Positions 59,546-64,000 of a DNA stretch of 64,000 bases are shown piece by piece. Position 1 is the first letter of the stretch; each line of letters starts with the position of its first letter. The position numbers and the translations under genes were made by a program. The notes under the pieces were generated by a model that searched no databases, was not told the DNA's origin, and saw only the letters and a list, made by a program, of their open reading frames with translations. The stretch lies in NCBI GenBank assembly GCA_039810485.1, contig JBDHXA010000004.1, forward strand, positions 11,198-75,197. The letters run 5' to 3'. The stretch is from Chlorobiota bacterium (GTDB lineage: Bacteria; Bacteroidota; Ignavibacteria; Kapaibacteriales; UBA961).

Positions 59546-60790
59546 ATGAATACTTTCAACAATATGCAATCGCTAGAACATTTGTATGCCTTTATGGACG
59601 GCGAGTTAGATCCTGTCTTTGAGAAGCAATTATTCAGTGAACTAACTATTAATGAAGATCTTCGATCTGAGATGAAAGATTTGCTGTCAATGCGGGAAGC
59701 TGTACGCCGCGATGTTGTGGTGCCTTCATTATTTGTTAAAGACCGCTTATTGACAACTGTAGGACTTGCTGGGACGAGCGCAGCTATTACAACGGGAATG
59801 TGGCCGACTGTTCGCAATGCTTTTTCTGGCTGGGCCGCTCCTGTGCTGGGTGTTTTGGTAGGCGTTGGCGCTACCGCTCTTGCGCTTATTTCTTATCAAC
59901 CTATTAATGATTATCACACAAGCGCACAATCGCTTGCAGCTCAAACAGATATCCCTAATTTAACACTTGTTCTACCAAGAGAAAATTCTGCTCCAATTTT
60001 CTCAGCAAACCATCTCTCCAAAAGTTCGAAGCACTACTCTAATCTTCGGTCTGCCTCTGTTGCTTCGTTATCTTCGGAAAATGGCAGATTGTCAACAAAA
60101 GAAAACGATTTGTCTGAAAATAATGATATAAATTCTCAAGAAATTATCGAATCTGATCGTTCTGCAATTGCTTCTAATGTTAATGTAATAAGCGACCAGG
60201 TGTCTGTCGCTGATAACTCTGCTCAGCCAAAAACTTCAAAGATACATGCCGAGCGCGATAATGCAGCTATAAACGCTGATGACTCATGGCAAGGGGTCAG
60301 CATTAGAGCGCGTGGATTATTTAACCGCTCGTTCCCGGTGTCTAATATTAATGCCGAGTCGAATAGCTGGATAAACAATGCTGCTTTTGGCGCACTTTTT
60401 AAGTTTAATTCTTGTTTCGCTGCCGGAGTAGAAATTGGCATGGAGCGCTTTGCACAAGTGTTCGGAAGCGCTGAGGGCGCTTCGGAAGTTTGGTATGAAC
60501 AAAATCCGCAAATGTTATGGGCGGGAGCACTTGTACAATATAAGCTTCTTCAGCTTGACAGAAATATGGATGTACATCTCTATGGAGAAACCTTTGCTGG
60601 TGCTGCCGGAACTTTAGGGTTCCTTGGACGTCAAACGGTTGGTCTAAATGTAACGCCGACCCCTGCTCTCACAATTTCAGCCGGAGCTGAGGCTGCAATT
60701 TTGCCGTACAATTTTAAGGGAAATTGGTTTTCAACAGAAAAATTTGGATTCACGCTTGGCCTGTCGTTTACACCAGAAGGTCTTAGATAG
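59546..60790 (+). CDS. Putative anti-sigma factor with C-terminal beta-barrel-like domain
   Basis: N-terminal LYAFMDGEL anti-sigma motif, one TM segment, S/N-rich linker, amphipathic C-terminal strands; directly after the ECF gene. Confidence 0.7.
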   Translation: MNTFNNMQSLEHLYAFMDGELDPVFEKQLFSELTINEDLRSEMKDLLSMREAVRRDVVVPSLFVKDRLLTTVGLAGTSAAITTGMWPTVRNAFSGWAAPVLGVLVGVGATALALISYQPINDYHTSAQSLAAQTDIPNLTLVLPRENSAPIFSANHLSKSSKHYSNLRSASVASLSSENGRLSTKENDLSENNDINSQEIIESDRSAIASNVNVISDQVSVADNSAQPKTSKIHAERDNAAINADDSWQGVSIRARGLFNRSFPVSNINAESNSWINNAAFGALFKFNSCFAAGVEIGMERFAQVFGSAEGASEVWYEQNPQMLWAGALVQYKLLQLDRNMDVHLYGETFAGAAGTLGFLGRQTVGLNVTPTPALTISAGAEAAILPYNFKGNWFSTEKFGFTLGLSFTPEGLR

Positions 60791-60824
60791 TATTTTAAGA
60801 TGTTAGCAATTAAATTGATATCCT

Positions 60825-61430
60825 GTGGGCCAATACAGAAATAATATTGCAGTTGTGATGACGATTATGCTGGTGGCTGTCGTCATCGAATCTTGCACAT
60901 CTCCGCTTGACATCAATACATTGCGCTATAAAATAGGAGAGAGCAGACACTCTGTAAAGGCAAAATATTTTAATCTTACCTTTGAGGGAGATGATGTTCC
61001 GAATGTACAAGATGGATGCGATGTTTCATGGTATTCCGGCATTACGGACTCAATAACAATTGATACTGCGGAACGTGTTGCCCAGTTTCGTCTAAATATT
61101 CCAGATATCAAAGTAAATAATACGGTTATTGGCAAATATACTGAACTTCGAGGACTGAGTTTAAAATTTGATTCTTTGTTCTGCTCTAATATCAACAGAT
61201 CTATTGAAGGTAATTATACAGACCGGCAAGGAGCAGAATTAACTATCCTATCAGGTTGGCAAACTATAAAGCTGTCTGCTGACGGGAAAAAAACCAAAGT
61301 GATAATTTCAGCAACCGAATATAGAATGGCGCGCATGGTTCAGTTCAAAATTCTATCTTTAATCAAAGATACGATAAATTATATGCCAAGAGAATTGAAA
61401 TTTGCGGTAAAGGGAACAATAGTTTATTGA
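60825..61430 (+). CDS. Hypothetical lipoprotein
   Basis: Hydrophobic stretch followed by IES-C lipobox-like motif. Confidence 0.55.
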   Translation: MGQYRNNIAVVMTIMLVAVVIESCTSPLDINTLRYKIGESRHSVKAKYFNLTFEGDDVPNVQDGCDVSWYSGITDSITIDTAERVAQFRLNIPDIKVNNTVIGKYTELRGLSLKFDSLFCSNINRSIEGNYTDRQGAELTILSGWQTIKLSADGKKTKVIISATEYRMARMVQFKILSLIKDTINYMPRELKFAVKGTIVY

Positions 61431-61452
61431 ATTTCATAAAGAACATTTTACC

Positions 61453-61491
61453 AAAAAAGCGTCGAAAACCTTCTGATTTTCGACGCTTTTT
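61453..61491. terminator. Bidirectional intrinsic terminator between the lipoprotein gene and tRNA-Ala
   Basis: AAAAAGCGTCGAAAA-ccttctga-TTTTCGACGCTTTTT. Confidence 0.8.
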
Positions 61492-61566
61492 GGTGGACCC
61501 GATGAGGATCGAACTCACGACCTCTAGAGTGCGATTCTAGCGCTCTCCCAGCTGAGCTACGGGCCC
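61491..61566 (-). tRNA. tRNA-Ala(CGC)
   Basis: GGGCCCGTAGCTCAGCTGGGAGAGCGCTAGAATCGCACTCTAGAGGTCGTGAGTTCGATCCTCATCGGGTCCACCA; 76 nt, G3-U70 pair, anticodon CGC, encoded CCA. Confidence 0.95.
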
Positions 61567-61719
61567 ATCATATCTTCACAAAATTATAAAGATATCTTTT
61601 ACTTTGCAAAGATAACGATTCTAATTAGCGTAGATATTTTGAACTGTAATTGCTCTATTCGTATTTTTAAGCGAGCTCCTACAAAATTTCTTGGACGAAT
61701 TCAATGATTTGCCAGTATT

Positions 61720-61962
61720 TTACACTTGTGCAGCATTATATGCCGCTGTTTCATTTTTGGGTTCGAAGATTATTCCATTGTCGCCATCGTAGCTTTGTCT
61801 GTGATCTATTTCGCCGTTCCAAATTTCAATAGGTATACTTTTAAGGTAAGCGTCGCATTGCTTCCGATTGCGACTTCGCAAATAGCAGCAAAATTCGCAG
61901 AGATAGCTGTCTTCATTGTATGGATTGAAAGAATGCGAAAGTAATTTATCTGTTTTTTTCAT
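61720..61962 (-). CDS. Small Cys/His-containing hypothetical protein
   Basis: CEFC...CDAY...IP.EIW.G..DH...GDNGIIFEP; co-oriented just downstream of queE. Confidence 0.6.
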   Translation of the reverse strand: MKKTDKLLSHSFNPYNEDSYLCEFCCYLRSRNRKQCDAYLKSIPIEIWNGEIDHRQSYDGDNGIIFEPKNETAAYNAAQV

Positions 61963-61984
61963 GCTGGCAATAAGATTTAATTAA

Positions 61985-62683
61985 TTATACGCCTCGCGTA
62001 TTTGGATCCCAAATAAATTTATGCAATTGCAATTGCAGACGAATTGGAAGTTCGACTGCAAGTAGCCATTCAGCCAAATTCTTAGCTGAAACTAACCCAA
62101 ACGCAGGCGATAGCAATACTGAAGCAGTTTTGCTGACAATATCATAACGTCGAATAACATCAATAGCATAGTCGAAATCTTTGCGTGAAGAAACTACAAA
62201 TTTAATTTCGTCGGTTGGTCGCAATCTTTCCATGTTTGGCCAGTACATTAATGATGTCATGTTGGAATCGGGACATTTGATGTCAATTATGCGAATAATA
62301 CGCTCGTCGAGCAAAGAGGTATCAATGTGACCGGCTGTTTCTACTGCCACAGTATAACCGTTTTCACATAATCTCTGCATTAATGTGAATGTTCCAAATT
62401 GCTCCAACGGCTCGCCACCTGTAAATTCGATAAAGGCACAATGAAAATTGGAAATTCTATTTATAATTTCGCTGCCACTTATCTCAAGTTCCGGTTTGCG
62501 ATGATCAAGCGCATAAGGCGTATCACACCATGAACAGCGCAGCTTGCAACCCTGCATTCGCACAAATATGCAAGGCAATCCAGCGCGTAGTCCTTCGCCT
62601 TGAATTGAATAGAAAATTTCACTCAGTCGAAAAATTTCAGTTTCAGGATTCAATTTTAAAATATCATTAGTCGGCTGCTTCAT
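61985..62683 (-). CDS. queE: 7-carboxy-7-deazaguanine synthase (radical SAM)
   Basis: EIFYSIQGEG, FVRMQGCKLRCSWCDT, TGGEPL and QLQLHKFIW. Confidence 0.93.
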   Translation of the reverse strand: MKQPTNDILKLNPETEIFRLSEIFYSIQGEGLRAGLPCIFVRMQGCKLRCSWCDTPYALDHRKPELEISGSEIINRISNFHCAFIEFTGGEPLEQFGTFTLMQRLCENGYTVAVETAGHIDTSLLDERIIRIIDIKCPDSNMTSLMYWPNMERLRPTDEIKFVVSSRKDFDYAIDVIRRYDIVSKTASVLLSPAFGLVSAKNLAEWLLAVELPIRLQLQLHKFIWDPNTRGV

Positions 62684-62794
62684 TCGTAAAATAAATCATA
62701 AACAAAAGCAAAATTACGGAAATTTGGCAGCGACACTATGAATCCGTACATTCGCAGCCAATAAACTCGTGAAACATGTAATCTAAGAAAAATC

Positions 62795-63631
62795 ATGACC
62801 GATATAAAAAAAGAAATTGACTATCTTTCAACACTGTCAACATTTGAAATTCGGCAAGATGTTGCGACGATGAATATGCTCGATAAATTTATTGAAATGC
62901 TCAATAGTGGCATTATTCGCGCTGCTGAATGTGAAAATAATCATTGGCAAGTGAATCAGTGGATAAAACAAGTTATTTTACTGCTTTTTCGCATCGGCAA
63001 TCTTACAGATATGTCAACAAACGGTTTCCAATTTTTTGATAAAAACACCTTGCCCTTGCACGAATTTTCACTTTCAGATGGCGTGCGAATTGTGCCGGGC
63101 GGCTCAGCCATAAGAACCGGCTGCTACTTGGCAAACGGCGTAATTTGCATGCCGCCAATGTATATAAATATAGGTGCGTATATTGATGAAGGAACGATGA
63201 TAGATTCGCATGCATTAGTGGGTACATGTGCACAAATAGGCAAACGAGTACATCTAAGCGCAGCATCTCAAATTGGGGGCGTTCTCGAGCCGGTCGGCGC
63301 TCGTCCTGTTATTATCGAAGATGATGTGATGATAGGAGGCAATTGCGGAGTTTATGAGGGTGTGCTTGTTCGCAGGCGAGCAGTGCTTGGCTCCGGCGTT
63401 ATTCTCAACGGATCAACAGCAGTATATGATGCTGTCAATGAGCAAATCTTGCGATCTACACCGGAATTGCCTCTGGAGATACCAGAATCGGCAGTTGTCG
63501 TTCCGGGAAGCCGACCTCTTCTGACTGACTTTGGCATGCAACATGGTCTTGCGCTTGCAACGCCAATTATTATCAAGTATCGCGACAACAAAACAGATGC
63601 AAAGACGGCTCTTGAATCTGCCCTTCGTTAA
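62795..63631 (+). CDS. dapD: Tetrahydrodipicolinate N-succinyltransferase
   Basis: FFDK, RIVPGG, NIGAYIDEGTMIDSH, CAQIGKRVHLS and GGVLEP. Confidence 0.93.
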   Translation: MTDIKKEIDYLSTLSTFEIRQDVATMNMLDKFIEMLNSGIIRAAECENNHWQVNQWIKQVILLLFRIGNLTDMSTNGFQFFDKNTLPLHEFSLSDGVRIVPGGSAIRTGCYLANGVICMPPMYINIGAYIDEGTMIDSHALVGTCAQIGKRVHLSAASQIGGVLEPVGARPVIIEDDVMIGGNCGVYEGVLVRRRAVLGSGVILNGSTAVYDAVNEQILRSTPELPLEIPESAVVVPGSRPLLTDFGMQHGLALATPIIIKYRDNKTDAKTALESALR

Positions 63632-63658
63632 TAAATTATTTCTGTAATCAACAACACA

Positions 63659-64000
63659 ATGGAAAATCTCAACGGAACATATCGTATTCAGAGTGTTGAA
63701 GTTGCATCGTTGTCAGATGCTTACGAACTGCCGCTGTACGTTTACGACGCATCTGTCATGGAACGTCAGTATAATCGTCTTGTCACAGCATTCGCATCGT
63801 TGAATGTTAAAATTAAATATGCCTGCAAAGCTCTGCCTAACATAACCGTTATGAAACTGTTTCGGTCTTTGGGAGCTGGGTTAGACGCTGTATCAATTTA
63901 CGAAGTAGAACTTGGAATAATATCGGGCTACAATCCTTCTGACATTATCTTTACACCAAATTGCGTTTCATTTGCTGAAATATGCTCCGCTGTTGAAAAA
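63659..64000 (+). CDS. lysA: Diaminopimelate decarboxylase, N-terminal part (runs off the window)
   Basis: Manual translation MENLNGTYRIQ...PLYVYD...YACKAL...GLDAVSIYE...IIFT contains the PLP lysine motif; follows dapD. Confidence 0.88.
   Translation, partial: MENLNGTYRIQSVEVASLSDAYELPLYVYDASVMERQYNRLVTAFASLNVKIKYACKALPNITVMKLFRSLGAGLDAVSIYEVELGIISGYNPSDIIFTPNCVSFAEICSAVEK

Noticed and set aside
61985-62683. 7-deazaguanine DNA-modification (dpd) defence island
   Set aside because: queE is alone among housekeeping genes, with no dpdA/tgt-like or other dpd genes, which fits ordinary queuosine synthesis.

Overview
Chromosomal window from a Bacteroidota/Chlorobiota-superphylum bacterium, probably Kapabacteria- or Ignavibacteria-like. 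This is inferred from many type IX secretion (T9SS) C-terminal domains (CTDs), TAnnTTTG promoter motifs and gene content. From about 14.7 kb to 64 kb it is mostly ordinary chromosome: yicC-gmk, aspA, gatC, malQ, an S1 protein, ccmF, thiN, an ECF sigma/anti-sigma pair, tRNA-Ala(CGC), queE, dapD, lysA, several secreted T9SS cargo proteins and one decayed metallophosphoesterase. The standout is 0.4-14.4 kb, a head-to-tail array of three 4.3-4.9 kb minus-strand cassettes. Each cassette has a conserved leader, a tail-fibre/adhesin-like gene (GxVGIGT repeats, YadA-like head repeats, S74 self-cleaving chaperone, T9SS CTD) and a partner gene (a lipoprotein or a propeller protein). Four near-identical copies of a 70-90 bp T9SS-CTD-coding tail mark the cassette boundaries. 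In every leader a (CT)9 microsatellite lies between a Shine-Dalgarno-led ATG and the signal peptide, and a one-unit slip would put that ATG in frame with the fibre gene. The fibre genes are also mosaics of one another. Together this suggests a phase-variable, recombining surface-fibre repertoire. No integrase, reverse transcriptase or CRISPR array is visible.
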